Below, one piece after another: positions 1 to 11,845 of a stretch of DNA of 64,000 bases (within the stretch, counting starts at the first letter, position 1; the number at the start of each line of letters is the position of its first letter). Below the pieces are notes generated by a model, which was not told the DNA's origin, searched no databases, and saw nothing but the letters and a program-made list of their open reading frames with translations. The stretch lies in the NCBI GenBank assembly GCA_052426225.1, contig JBNJNM010000008.1:124001-188000 (forward strand), given 5' to 3'. The position numbers and the translations under genes are program-made. Source of the stretch: Zancudomyces culisetae HAW-14-8 (Eukaryota > Fungi > Kickxellomycota).

Positions 1-74
1 CATCCACATCATTCAACTTTACGGTTACTTAGTTAACTAAAAAAACAAGAAAACCTACCAAAACAGTAAACAAA

Positions 75-506
75 ATGTTCAAATCAGTATTCGTTGTAGC
101 TGCACTTACAGCAACATCCCTTGCACAGAATATGAACCAGGTCATCGATTTGGGCAGTAACAACTTTGATAGCTATATGAACTGGGCAAATGGTGGTGCA
201 TTTGTCAAGTTTTATGCCCCTTGGTGTGGATTTTGTAAAAAGCTTGCCCAACCATTTGCAGAAATGGCCAGCACCACTGGATCCCAGGAAAGCAAGATTC
301 TTATCGGCCAAGTAAACTGTGATAATGAAAAGGCGCTATGTCAGAGATATAAAGTTAGAGGATATCCTACCATGTTGTACTTTTATAATGGCAATGCCAA
401 TAACTACATCAAGTACAATGGCGAGAGAGATGCCAGCAGTCTTTCATCATATGTTCGCAGCAACTACGCTAGCTCTGCACAGACTTCTGAAAGTGCTCGC
501 AAGTGA
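75..506 (+). CDS. Single-domain thioredoxin/PDI-like protein with signal peptide
   Basis: Hydrophobic N-terminus MFKSVFVVAALTATSLA; FVKFYAPWCGFCKKL active site; VNCD...LCQRYKVRGYPTM and YNGERD are PDI a-domain motifs; no HDEL/KDEL at the C-terminus. Confidence 0.9.
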   Translation: MFKSVFVVAALTATSLAQNMNQVIDLGSNNFDSYMNWANGGAFVKFYAPWCGFCKKLAQPFAEMASTTGSQESKILIGQVNCDNEKALCQRYKVRGYPTMLYFYNGNANNYIKYNGERDASSLSSYVRSNYASSAQTSESARK

Positions 507-1229
507 ATCTGTAACCTACTTATTCCAAGTATATTTGCATTTTTCATTATGTTTAGCCATATTTAACATAAATAAAATACAACTCGATTTGTTTTTATGT
601 GCGTTTATAATCCTTAATTCACAGCTTTCAGAAGATACCAATTATCCCTGAACATACCAAACCCAGCATTCGCTTAAAGCTACAAGTTTACTCACTTTTC
701 TTGTATAACCTGTATAAATACCTCGGAAATGAAATAACATAATATCAAATAAGCCTTTTTATAGCCTCCATATTTATACTTTTGATTAAAATACAATACA
801 TCTCATACACGATTAAATTTGATTTCATAAAAGATATGTTTTTTGTACTCAACTCATTCTTTCTACGATAAACCCCAAACATCTATATATTTAGGTAGAT
901 AAACAATTCAAACTTATTGCACAGTATTTCTCAGGTATAAAGGCAGGTGTAATTAACCAGTATTAAAAAAAAGATATGTCAGTTTGGTAATATACAAGAT
1001 TCTAAAACATTTTCTTTATTGAAAATAAAATGAAATGTGCATTCTAGATAATCCCTGATAAGAACAAAATCGCTATAGTCATCAAGGGGCTGGTAGGGGG
1101 ATTTAGCATAAATGTTTTGCTTTGTTTTTGGATTTTAAAGGCGTTTATTTAGTTAGCATATAAAGATATAAAAGATATAAAAAATTAAAACACATAAAAC
1201 ATATAGAACGTATAAAGCATATAAAACAA

Positions 1230-2888
1230 CTAATCTACACGTATTATTTCCTGGGAGGATTCCGTAGTGTCAATACTATAATCATCTTCTGTAACCTCTG
1301 AATTGTTCGGGGTTATGTTACAGACCAAGTACGTATTCGTACTATATAGTATTACCCTTCTTAAAAGCTCCAAAATATAATACGAAAAATTTCTCGCATC
1401 AGGACTTTCGATCAAATCTAGTTCATTCTCAAACAACACAAGTTTTGTTACCAGATTCGGTAAGTCGTGTGTAGCGTTCTCTCCCTTTTCATGGTTCTTT
1501 AGATTTTGTATTATCTTTGTCTCTATCTCCTCATTAAAGGTCGCCTTGTAAATACAAGGTGTTAGTCCTTGAAAAAGGATTCCGTATACAGTAACATCAT
1601 TGGATTCTTCTGTGCGGAGAGACTTGCTATTTTTAAGGTGGCTTAAGTACAAAGAAAACATCTCTCCGACCAACTGCGCTTCGCCGTTGGAACCTCCAGT
1701 ACTTCTGTCTACCTTGTTTTCAATTGCGATGTTACAATAAAATCCAAACTCGTTATATATCGCCACATCAATTTCGGATACAATATGAATTTCAGAATCA
1801 TCTATTTTTAGATATAGCTGTGCTATACTTAGCTCAGCGCCGTTATTAAATCTGAAGATATCCTGTATGTTTTGTACATAGCTATTTACTACAGACTCAT
1901 AAAGTTCATTATCTCTCATGCTCCTTAATGTTGGATTTATAGCTCGGTATAAATCACTGTTACCAAATTGATTCATCAACCCTGTTATTCCTTCTTTACT
2001 AGCTACTCTCGAGTTTAGAAGCATCAAAATCAACTTTTTTGATTCATTTATATGAGGGTATTCGGTTTCTATATAATTCAATTCAGGAGAACTCATATTT
2101 TCATCTTCATCCTCACCCTCATCTTCATCTTCATCCTCATCTTCATTAATTCTTTCAAGCTCACTCTTCGAACGAATATAGGCCTCTTCTAATTTGTTAT
2201 AGAACTCTAAAAAAGACAACGACAGAATATATTCAATTTTGTTTTTGTCATCTTTACCATCGTTGATGAACTTAATAAATTCTTCCTTTGCTTGATTCAG
2301 ACTTTTTTTACGAACACCGAATATTTTACTGTCTGTGAAATTAGTTTTTCGAAATATTAATCTAAGATTTCCATTTTCATATATAACACGCTTACCCTCA
2401 AATAACACAACACTAGATTTGAGCATATGTTTAACAGTGATTGCGATCGTATCTTTGTAGTTTGGATTGATTGTTTTTTTCTTAGTCAATTCCTCTAATT
2501 GGGTTTCATCAATGTAAAGATAATGTAAGAGTACATCTTGAGCCATGTTGGTGGTCCCTTTGCTCAACTCCTCCATATAAAGGTCGATTTTTTTGTTGTA
2601 TATACATGTACTATATCTTTCAGATACATAATTTAACTCGCGCTTGTTTACACCTATCAACAGATCCTCAGTAATATACTTCACAGTCCATTTGCTTGTA
2701 GAGTTAATCTTTGTACTAGAAGTCCTGCTATTACTTCCAACACTATCCTTTCTAGCCCTCTTTCCTCTGCTTGACCCTTCTGTAAATGACCCAATATCTT
2801 CCATTCTGTTACAAAATTCACACTCTTCACACTCTTCACACCTTATACACCCTATACAAATGTATGACCTTTGATGTTTATGTGGCAT
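1230..2888 (-). CDS. Intronless protein with probable C-terminal PD-(D/E)xK restriction-endonuclease-like domain (CR-effector-like)
   Basis: 552-aa ORF; ...SEIDVAI...IAIENK...GEAQLVGEM...VYGILFQG..PCIYK fits the D...ExK...Q pattern of fungal REase-fold proteins; acidic DE tract; the true start could be the second Met (MEDIG). Confidence 0.6.
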   Translation of the reverse strand: MPHKHQRSYICIGCIRCEECEECEFCNRMEDIGSFTEGSSRGKRARKDSVGSNSRTSSTKINSTSKWTVKYITEDLLIGVNKRELNYVSERYSTCIYNKKIDLYMEELSKGTTNMAQDVLLHYLYIDETQLEELTKKKTINPNYKDTIAITVKHMLKSSVVLFEGKRVIYENGNLRLIFRKTNFTDSKIFGVRKKSLNQAKEEFIKFINDGKDDKNKIEYILSLSFLEFYNKLEEAYIRSKSELERINEDEDEDEDEGEDEDENMSSPELNYIETEYPHINESKKLILMLLNSRVASKEGITGLMNQFGNSDLYRAINPTLRSMRDNELYESVVNSYVQNIQDIFRFNNGAELSIAQLYLKIDDSEIHIVSEIDVAIYNEFGFYCNIAIENKVDRSTGGSNGEAQLVGEMFSLYLSHLKNSKSLRTEESNDVTVYGILFQGLTPCIYKATFNEEIETKIIQNLKNHEKGENATHDLPNLVTKLVLFENELDLIESPDARNFSYYILELLRRVILYSTNTYLVCNITPNNSEVTEDDYSIDTTESSQEIIRVD

Positions 2889-5045
2889 CTTCTTTCAAGT
2901 TACTTTGCTTTTTTTTTATCTAGACGAGCGTCTCTCTGCTTCGTATATCCCAAAAACAATAGTGCAGTATATTTTCTCTTTATTCTATTACAAACTGGCT
3001 AATATATGATGTATGCTTTAATTCACCATACAATCCTTGTACTCAATACAATGTAATATTTACGAGTTCATTCAAGAGTTTCTAGCTATTTATGCTTTTA
3101 TTCAACCCTCATCGCCAAACACCACACTTCACGCTATAACACTTGCGTTGGGCATTAATATTGCAACAGTATCTTTAATACTGCATTTATAGATATATTG
3201 TATAGGTGGTTGTTTGGAATTCGTAATCATTTTTCCAAAACAAAATACACAATAACGCATACAAAAGTAAGCAAATAGAACCGCTATGGTTTGTATAGCT
3301 ATCTATTAATAAACATGATGTTTGACGTGATAAACCATTCTTATTAGTTTGTGGTGTGAATAGGTAAACAAGTATGCATGTATTAACAAACACAGTCATA
3401 AAAACAGCACTTATCACCTTTTTGAACTTGAAAAATGATAACCAACTGACACACATACACAAGGTAGCTCGATATGAATATTTACATATTCAAAGCTAGT
3501 ATTAACATTTTCAATAATGAGTAAATGACTCGGATGTTACTAAGCTGGAACAAGAAATTAGAATGGGGTTTACAATAGCATACATGAACACACAAACTGA
3601 ACCCAACTAGAACAAATAAAGATTGAATGTCTGGGTCTATTCAATGTGTTTGTTAAACCATGAAATACACAAACTAAAAATTGTATAGCCTCAAGTATCA
3701 GCATACTAAGCTACAACACTGATTAACTGTTTAATATCACCTCACCATTAACTGTGTAATAACAATATTATCACCAACTAACAATGCAAATATTAACTCT
3801 GTTTTAATTTCTTGTCATATTGTTTTTTGTGTTTTAGCATTCAGGGAAGTGGAAGTAGCTTTGATACTATAGTTTTGTGTAACTGAAGTAAAGCAACTTG
3901 AAAGTGTAATAGTATCTGGTTTTCCATTTTTCAACACTTTTTATTATTCTATCCAACAGTAAAAGTGTAAACCAGAAAGCTAACCAAATACCGAATAGTG
4001 CATTTATATTCTACTCCAGTTTCTAAATACGCACCTCCAAGTTATAATACAATCAGTAATATCTCAATACCCACAATTAAAAGAAATGTGCTATATTAAC
4101 TCGTTTTACTATTATCTTTATAGAAAACGGGGTTATCACAAAAGCTTAAACCAAAAAAAAGTGATAAACCTCATACTAAATCGAGTCACAAACACAACTA
4201 ACTCCACGATACTTCACTACATCTTTTTTTTAGGTATATTGTTAGTTTGTTATAAAGTTACATAAATCATAAATAAGCTTGAAGCTCGATATACTACTAC
4301 TCATAATTGTGTATTTGGTATGCGGTCTCCAAAAAAACTGAATATGCTAAAACATACAACCTATCTAAGTATTGTAAAGGTTCTAATCATTTCCCATCTC
4401 AAACCGGAGCTCTGTGACCACGATATCATCAGAAGGAAGGAGTGTGATTGCACCAGTTATTTGTAGATCGCCTATTTTTTCCTTTGTGAACTTTATTTAG
4501 TATATCCTTAGTGACAAAACTAAACCAAGCAAGCTAAATTATTTCTCTCTCACTACAATAGTTTTATTTCCACTCCCTACTATTTATAAACAACTAAAAA
4601 CTCGGAAGCAACAAAAAAAAAGAACCATTCCGAATTTTTTTCTTTAATTCATCTTGGATATTGATATGTGCAACGTCAAACTTCCAAACGCTTTTAAAGC
4701 ACAAAATGTCGCATGTGATAAAATAGTGTGGTAGTTTACCTTTTCTACTAATCAGCCATATGGAAGAGTAAAAAAAACCACGCAATTTTTTTTTTAATGA
4801 CTAAACAAACTGCTATCATTTGGGTTATTTTGCAATTTCAAATCAAATTAAACAACTCAAAAAAAATCTGAATTCCAGTTTGTCCCCCCCCCCATTCGCC
4901 ATTTGGTGGATACCAACTTTGTTCGTGATGCTTATTGTTGCGATGCTCTAAAAAAAGCAAACTATTTAAACATTTCGAGAATCCAAACATTGACTTGACA
5001 TTCGAACAAAATAACAAACTTTTGAATATAAATCTGTAAACTAAA

Positions 5046-6465
5046 ATGCCGAGTGTGGATAATTCGGAAAAAACCGTCAAAGTACTCAGTGTACAATCGC
5101 ACGTAGTGTCTGGCTATGTAGGTAGGTCGCATTCTTTGTCTTCAATTTCAGCAATTAATCTCGTTTGTGCTTGCACTTACTGCAAAGTGTGGTTCTAGTT
5201 CACTTTTCACCCATCCCCATCTGGATTTGTATTAGCACTTAACATTTCCTGCTATTTTACACCGAAGGGTTTAATAAAGACATTCTGTTTGCTTTATCTC
5301 ATTAGGAAATCGTGCCGCAACGTTCCCAATGCAATATTTGGGTTTAGACGTAGACGTCATCAATACCGTCCAATTTAGCAACCATACACGTAAGAGCTGA
5401 TAACAATTAAATAAATACACACAGTTATTCTTATACAATATATACTTTGTTAAATAAAAAATTTGGCGCCATTTCATACATTGATACTTATTGCGACAAC
5501 AAAAAAAATTGCGAAAACTAGAGTACGAAGGGTTTTCTGGACAGGCATTCGGAGCTCAACATGTGTTGGATCTATTTAACATGGTATCGAAGAATGGACT
5601 CCATGACTACGATTTTCTGCTGTCAGGATACATGGGTACTGCTGAAAATGTAGATGCTGTCAAGGAAATATGTCAAAGGCTCCGAGAAAACAACAAAAAA
5701 TTGTTTTTTGTTTTGGATACTGTGCTAGGTGATTATGGTTCATTGTATGTACCTGAGGCGCTGATTGGGTTGTACAAAAAAGTGTTATGCCCACTTGCAA
5801 GTCTTGTAACTCCAAACCAATTTGAGGCAGAGCTACTAACAGACAGAAAAATTAAAGTTCTGCAGGACGCTGTTGATGTAATCAATGATCTCCACGACAT
5901 TGGAATTCCAAATGTGGTTGTCACATCGGCCGAACTGGAAGATGTACACGACGAAAGCCTAGGTGCCGAGGTGGAGAAGCAGCTACATTTGATAGGATCT
6001 CAACTTGTAGTAAACTGCAAATGTTCAGGGTCTGATTGTGGCGACTGTAAAAACTGCTATACACGACAAATGTTCATAATCTCATTCCCATTTTTGTCAG
6101 GCTATTTTACTGGCGCTGGTGATCTGTTCTGCTCACTGCTTCTTGCCAGAATAGCCAATATTCTTCAAACAAAGACTCACGACGCCAATGCAACAAAGAA
6201 ATGTGGCGGCATGGGATGTGTAGGAGGGCGGGGAATCCTGGGCGAAGGTGATTTGGTACAAGCCTGTGAACGAGCACTTGCCACTCAAGCCACGATCATC
6301 AAGGCTACCCACGACTACCAGCAAAGTACAGGTGTGCCAGCACCAGAGGGTTTAGATAGATCGCAGAGGAAGAACCAGATGGTAAAGGGATTTGAACTTA
6401 GACTTATTCCTAATAGAGAATACATTGCAAACCCCAAAGTAATTTACAAAGCCAGAAAGCTTTAA
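5046..6465 (+). CDS. BUD16: Pyridoxal kinase (3 exons: 5046-5121, 5306-5389, 5522-6465)
   Basis: Spliced reading gives [14 protein letters not shown]|[27 protein letters not shown]|QYEGFSGQ...; [15 protein letters not shown] and FTGAGDLF are PdxK motifs; GT-AG introns keep frame. Confidence 0.93.
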
Positions 6466-6561
6466 AGAAAAAAAAACAAATAATAAATCAGGGGAAAATA
6501 GGGAGAAGGGTGGGTAATATATGAAAAGGAGTCTGTTATTTATTAGTATTTTAGAGGTGAT

Positions 6562-8367
6562 TTAGTGATCTAATAAAACAACGTATGCAGAAATATCATC
6601 CCTAAATCGTCGACTGTATGGCGGAGGGATGGCAAGTAGTTTGTTGATCAGTTGTTTTTGAACATGCCCGTTATCGTCTGTACTCAACGCAGTCCGGATT
6701 AAATGTGTTGCTGGGTTTTCATCCACCTTAGGCAAAGCTCTTTCCAGTTTTTCGCCAGTTTCGAGATTAATTGCTGGTTCTTTACCAGCCTGATTGGTGC
6801 TGTAGTGTGCGTCCCACCACTCTCCTACTGTTTCCACCACATCTTCATTACTCATCCGATCCCAAAGTCCATCTGTAGCAAGCACGACAAATTTGTCACT
6901 ACCCTTATTCAGTCGGTGCTCCACCAGCACCGGTTGGGCAGTCACATATGGAGGTGTTAGATAGTTCCTAGGAGTTGTGGCATATCTGTGACCACGGTTG
7001 TACAACATAGGGAACAGTTTTTCCTGAATATCCAATGGCCACTTATATCGACTGTCCCCAAAGGCTCGAGTTGGCATCAGTCCTCCCAAAACTCTTCCAC
7101 GCTGGATAACTGTATCCTCTTCTCCAGCATGCTCCTTCTTCATGCGCTCCAGCTCTTTTAGATTTCCTGCAGTCTGGTCTACGCTTAATATTACCGCTTT
7201 CCACTTACCATTCTCCCCACGAGTACCAATAATGGCTCTACTGTCGCCAGTATTTGCTACTGTTACCGTTTCTGCTCCCCCATCAACAATGCACCCCAAG
7301 CCACAGCTTCCAGAAACTGCTGGTCCAAGTAATCGGTCAACATCAGCTTGCTGGTTTTCCGATAGTAAATACTCTTCAAGTGCATCTTCGACAATCATTT
7401 GGTCCATTCTAACAAATGAGCCAACCAGTGCCAAAGCGTTTGTAGTGATGTTGCTTTTATCCGGCGTAGCTCTTACCAGATCTCCAATAAGCTTATTCAG
7501 TTTTTCCTGACTCTTGGTTGAGCTTTTCTTTTTATCTTCAATCATCTCCAAACTTTCATCTACTACTTTTGTAAGCTCTTGAGATATCCGCTCTGCGCAC
7601 ATATACCCTGCATGTCCGTCAAAGACTCCAAAAAAGTGGCGAGCTTTATTTTGCTTACCAGGAGATGCTTTTAACGACGACCATGCAAGATAATCTTCAA
7701 TGGACTCGTTTGAAGATATCTGGTTCGAATAAAACTGAATCTTAAGCCAGTTGTCTTCTCCATCGCCATGTGAAAAACAGCTCGCTGCATTCTGGTTTTC
7801 TTGTAGTATTGCGTCTACTTCTTTCTCCTCCAGAGGCTCAGTCATCCATGCTGCTCTCATTTTTTCTCGGCGATCCATTATTTTATCCAACTTATCTCTC
7901 GATCGCGTTCGCTTCAGTTCTGTATTCTTTATAATTTCAGGAATCCCTATTGTGGTCTTGTCCTGCTCGAATATTTCCTTTCTCTTATCACTTGCACCCA
8001 TAAATCTATACACAAAGCCCACTCCAGCCAACACTACTAACGCCATAGTTACTTTTGTTGTCGTCGAATATTTCTTTTTTGGTACTTCGTTCTTCTTCTC
8101 TTCTGGTTTCTTCTCGCTTGTCTCCTGCCTTTTTGCGTTTTCGGTGTGGATCCCTCTAAATCGAGGCTGGATTGTATCGTTGCCAATCATTTTATTTCTC
8201 CCGTTTGATGTGTTTAATCGCAAGGTGGGGATTTTTGAAATCTCGTTTAAAGCACTGACTATTTTCCTGTGTGATCCAAAATGCCTTGAACTCTGCAAAA
8301 AGCTAGTTTTGAACGGACTCAGTTTAGTATATAACTGTCCAGTATTTCGTATTTTACAAAAACTCAT
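6562..8367 (-). CDS. PTC5: PP2C-family pyruvate dehydrogenase phosphatase (mitochondrial)
   Basis: FFGVFDGHAG, VANTGDSRA, GRVLGGLMPTRAFGDSRYKW, YLTPPYVTAQP, VLATDGLWD, ENPATHLIR, SRRFRDDI; basic presequence plus a TM segment; first ATG at 8367 (the ORF track starts at a TTG). Confidence 0.92.
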   Translation of the reverse strand: MSFCKIRNTGQLYTKLSPFKTSFLQSSRHFGSHRKIVSALNEISKIPTLRLNTSNGRNKMIGNDTIQPRFRGIHTENAKRQETSEKKPEEKKNEVPKKKYSTTTKVTMALVVLAGVGFVYRFMGASDKRKEIFEQDKTTIGIPEIIKNTELKRTRSRDKLDKIMDRREKMRAAWMTEPLEEKEVDAILQENQNAASCFSHGDGEDNWLKIQFYSNQISSNESIEDYLAWSSLKASPGKQNKARHFFGVFDGHAGYMCAERISQELTKVVDESLEMIEDKKKSSTKSQEKLNKLIGDLVRATPDKSNITTNALALVGSFVRMDQMIVEDALEEYLLSENQQADVDRLLGPAVSGSCGLGCIVDGGAETVTVANTGDSRAIIGTRGENGKWKAVILSVDQTAGNLKELERMKKEHAGEEDTVIQRGRVLGGLMPTRAFGDSRYKWPLDIQEKLFPMLYNRGHRYATTPRNYLTPPYVTAQPVLVEHRLNKGSDKFVVLATDGLWDRMSNEDVVETVGEWWDAHYSTNQAGKEPAINLETGEKLERALPKVDENPATHLIRTALSTDDNGHVQKQLINKLLAIPPPYSRRFRDDISAYVVLLDH

Positions 8368-9374
8368 TTTTTTTATATTCCACCACCTTTTATATCTTTC
8401 CTTTTGTTTTGTATTTTTGGATATATGGTTTTTACCCAATATTTTATTTGTAGTTTTTGCTTTTAATCGTTGATATTAATTGTGCTTTTATAGTTTCACA
8501 ATGCATAGAATCAGCTCCGCTTTCCTTTTCTTCTTCAATGACCTGTCTTTAATACAGCTGTTTTTATTCGCTTGTTTCTAAATACTCGTCAATTATCTTG
8601 GCTATATCTCATAAATAGCAACAAAAATGGATTATGGAATTTTTGCCGAGATTTCCAAATTGGAAAATAGGAAAAAAAAGTCTCCACTAATTTCCAGCAA
8701 ATCAAATCAGTAGCTTGAAAAATGGATTTGAGGCTCAGATATACTACCTTAGGATGTTGGCTGAGGCCCAGTAGTAAGGTTAGCAGTCAACAAAGGCCTC
8801 TGTCCACGATTACCTCAAGTTAAAAAACACAAAACTAGAAAAGCCCTTAGTATACTTGTTTATATCAGCAACAAACCCGTAACTGTGACGGTTGACTTCC
8901 TTCCTTTTCAAAAGAATCGCTCTACCGAGAAGCCTTGCTTTTGCTACCTGACCTATTAACTGTGTAAATCGCGGGTCTCATAGTGCTGCCAATTTCTATG
9001 CTATCGATATAACTTTATTCCACCAAAGTCTTGGTTGGTAATTGATTATGTATAGCTATAGTGGGTGTGGCTATCATCATTCCGAATAAAGTAAAAATGT
9101 TTTGACACAAATATGAGGATAAGTCCTCTAGCCGCGGTTTTCAAATCACTTGTAATGGCTTAGCGAAAAGAAAGGTTTTTATTAAGACATAACATCATAT
9201 ATAAATGTAAAATGAGACAGCTATTGACAAAGAAAACCCCCCCGCCCGTAAAATAGGAGGTCAAATTCGTGGCCTAATACTGCAACAAGTGGTTTTTAAT
9301 CACCAACACAGAGTATCCCACATTTTTTTCTCAAAATGTAGCCGTTGCTTCGATTATAAAATTTTATTGATATC

Positions 9375-9892
9375 CTAGAGGTTTAGACCCTTTGTGCGAA
9401 GAAAGCCTTTTGACTCTTCGATTTCCTATTAATTTTACCCACAAATATAAGCGTATTTTATGGTGCACTTCAACAACTGTTGGTGAGCTATTTTAAGGTT
9501 TTACAGAGAATTATTACCTTCATCAATGAATCATACTCGGCAGGACATTCACGGAAAGTTAGCAGATTATATCCAATGTTGCAGAAAGCGTATGAGCCTG
9601 CACTGACTAGCATCCATAGAGGAATCTAAGAGTTTTTACATTTATTTCGTGCATCTTTAGGGTCTTTGTATCAAAGTATAAAAATTTCCCTAAAACACTA
9701 TTGGAATAACGCGACGCTCTACTACCATTTTGATGGATAATGTTAATCGTAGTTAAATACTGTGCTTACTATTGGGAGAATTTGTCTTTTCACCTCGTCT
9801 GATAGGGGAACAGGTACAACGCCGATCATCGCCAAAATCCACAGTACTGCACCTGCAGATACCATAACTATAAAATTCTGTGCTCTTGTCAT
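9375..9892 (-). CDS. DPM3: Dolichol-phosphate mannose synthase subunit 3 (3 exons: 9892-9770, 9625-9518, 9425-9375); not in ORF track
   Basis: Manual splicing gives 93 aa: MTRAQNFIVMVSAGAVLWILAMIGVVPVPLSDEVKRQILPI|IPLWMLVSAGSYAFCNIGYNLLTFRECPAEYDSLMK|EIEESKGFLRTKGLNL*; two TM helices plus the TFxxCPxxYxxLMxEIExxKxxLRxKG DPM3 tail; both introns phase 0 with GTAA..AG. Confidence 0.92.
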
Positions 9893-10437
9893 TTCGATTT
9901 GATTCAGATGGTGCCTGTGCTTTAATTACAAATTGAGGGCAAACGTATCGTTTTTTTTTCTAAATGTAAAAGAACAAGTAAGAATATTTATTAGTTAGGT
10001 TTAATTATTTAGTTGGTTTATTTATAGGATTTGAAAATTATCGGGAAAATGAGAATAAACTCCAGATTTTTGAAAAATGCATTTTTTTATTTAGTCTGAT
10101 TTGTACAACAAAGCTGCTCATATAAAATTCAATAAGCATTCGCAAACAAACAATCGCAAAAATGATCCTGGCAAATGAACACTCAAGATGGAGAGAATAT
10201 ACGAATTCTTTACTTGAGCAGTGAAAAAACGCAATACAATTAGCCGATTTTGCTACAAGTTTCCAGTCAATAAAGCAGAGTGAACCTCAATATCGTAACA
10301 TTCTTTAATTTCGGTTTTGGGAGCTTTTGACCAGCTTAAATTCTCCCAACATCTGAAACTCATTTATTTAATCAAATTAGTGAAAACAATCAAAAAAAAG
10401 AGTAAACATAAAGAAAAAAGAAAAGGCGAATAACAAA

Positions 10438-11144
10438 ATGTTTAAGAGTTGTTTTGGATCCAACAAAAGACTGCTAACAGCAGCAAACAGGAAATATTCT
10501 ACAAGCCAGACCACGCTATTTTCATTTTCTGCACTTAAATTGAATGAAAAGCAAGCCGATTTTGAAACTGGCGACCAAGTGCCTCAGCTATCTTTTGAAA
10601 ATGTCAAATACTTGATTCATGGAGTAAACAATAAAGCAAGCCCGATAAAATCTGTAAATTTTAAGCAATAGTATTTTCGGTACCCACATACGCTTGGCTA
10701 AGGCACAAGCCAATCTAAATGGGGTTATATCAAATAACATAAATAACATTCAAAAATATAATAAAACATAGTACACCTTGGTCGATGTGCGCACAAAGGC
10801 CGAATTCGACGAGGGAAGAATCCCAACATCCGTAAATATTCCACTTGCCACAGTTGAAAATGCATTTAGGCTTGACGGCGAGCGATTTAAAGAAACATAC
10901 GGGATAGTTAAGCCTCACGAAAACCAACATGTCATATTTTACTGTTTATCTGGAAAACGCAGCAGCGAGGCCATTAGATTGGTCTCTAAACTCGGTCTAG
11001 GATTAAGGTTTGTGCTATTTTCGAACTTACCTTTTGTCTATTTTTAAATAACCTCTACATGAGCACTAACAATTTTCTCTATTTAATAGATTGGTAAATT
11101 ATCCAGGTAGCTGGAAGGAGTATTCCGAAAATACATTCCCTTGA
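10438..11144 (+). CDS. Mitochondrial rhodanese / thiosulfate sulfurtransferase (RDL-like), 3 exons
   Basis: Presequence-like exon 1; LVDVRTKAEFDEGRIPTSVNIPL and FYCLSGKRS; last exon LVNYPGSWKEY...FP* after an intron near 11008-11089; the first donor position is uncertain. Confidence 0.85.
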
Positions 11145-11845
11145 ACTTTAAGTCTGTCACCAATATGAGAAAATCAGAAATACCTATCATCATGTTGTAA
11201 TTATCTTTTTTTTTTGGCTTATGCAAAACCAGATGCATTTGGCCCATAACACTCTGCTCTTTTTTGCAGTTTTATTTTTTATTTTTTATCCCCTTACCAC
11301 TTTTAAGCATATTCGTAGGTCTGACTTATTTTTATAATTGCCCTACCTGGGTGTATATGATCGAAAATACACACTTGTCGCCAATATGGGTAAAATTATG
11401 AGCTACCGAGAAGTACCAAATACAAAAACCAAGTTTTAATGGATAGTAGGAGGGGAGATGAAGTTATTTTTATATTTAGGACATAACTCTCGCTATACAA
11501 AAGCTGGTGTGTCCTTACGCTTGATACTCATCATCGTGCTGTACATACATATTAATATGTTTCTAGCAGTGGTTCTGCAGTTGATACAAATATGCTATTT
11601 AGAAGTTCTCCACCCCTTTTTTACTCGGGGATTTTATGTGCAGTTTACCAAATAAAACGAAAAGTGTATTATGGTTTCCAATAGCCAAGACCATCTTTTT
11701 TCAAAATCGAAAAAATCAAGCGATCAATAAATTGCGTTTAAGCTCGAATAATTTTTTTTTGACAAAACAGAACATAGTTGTCCACTCTTTAGATCAGATA
11801 GATAGAAATTCGTTAAAGAGCAATTCAAAACACGATTTATTTAAA

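Noticed and set aside
3300-4000. Possible decayed Ty3/gypsy pol remnant on the minus strand (KNGKPD at ~3931-3914, PQTN at ~3354-3343)
   Set aside because: Only two very short motif echoes amid stops and frameshifts, spaced too closely for RNase H to integrase, and no LTRs; needs a tBLASTn/HMM search to support.
7751-8473. 240-aa plus-strand ORF and other long antisense ORFs (e.g. 28333-29388, 62273-62824)
   Set aside because: They are shadows of well-supported genes on the opposite strand, with composition explained by antisense codon bias.
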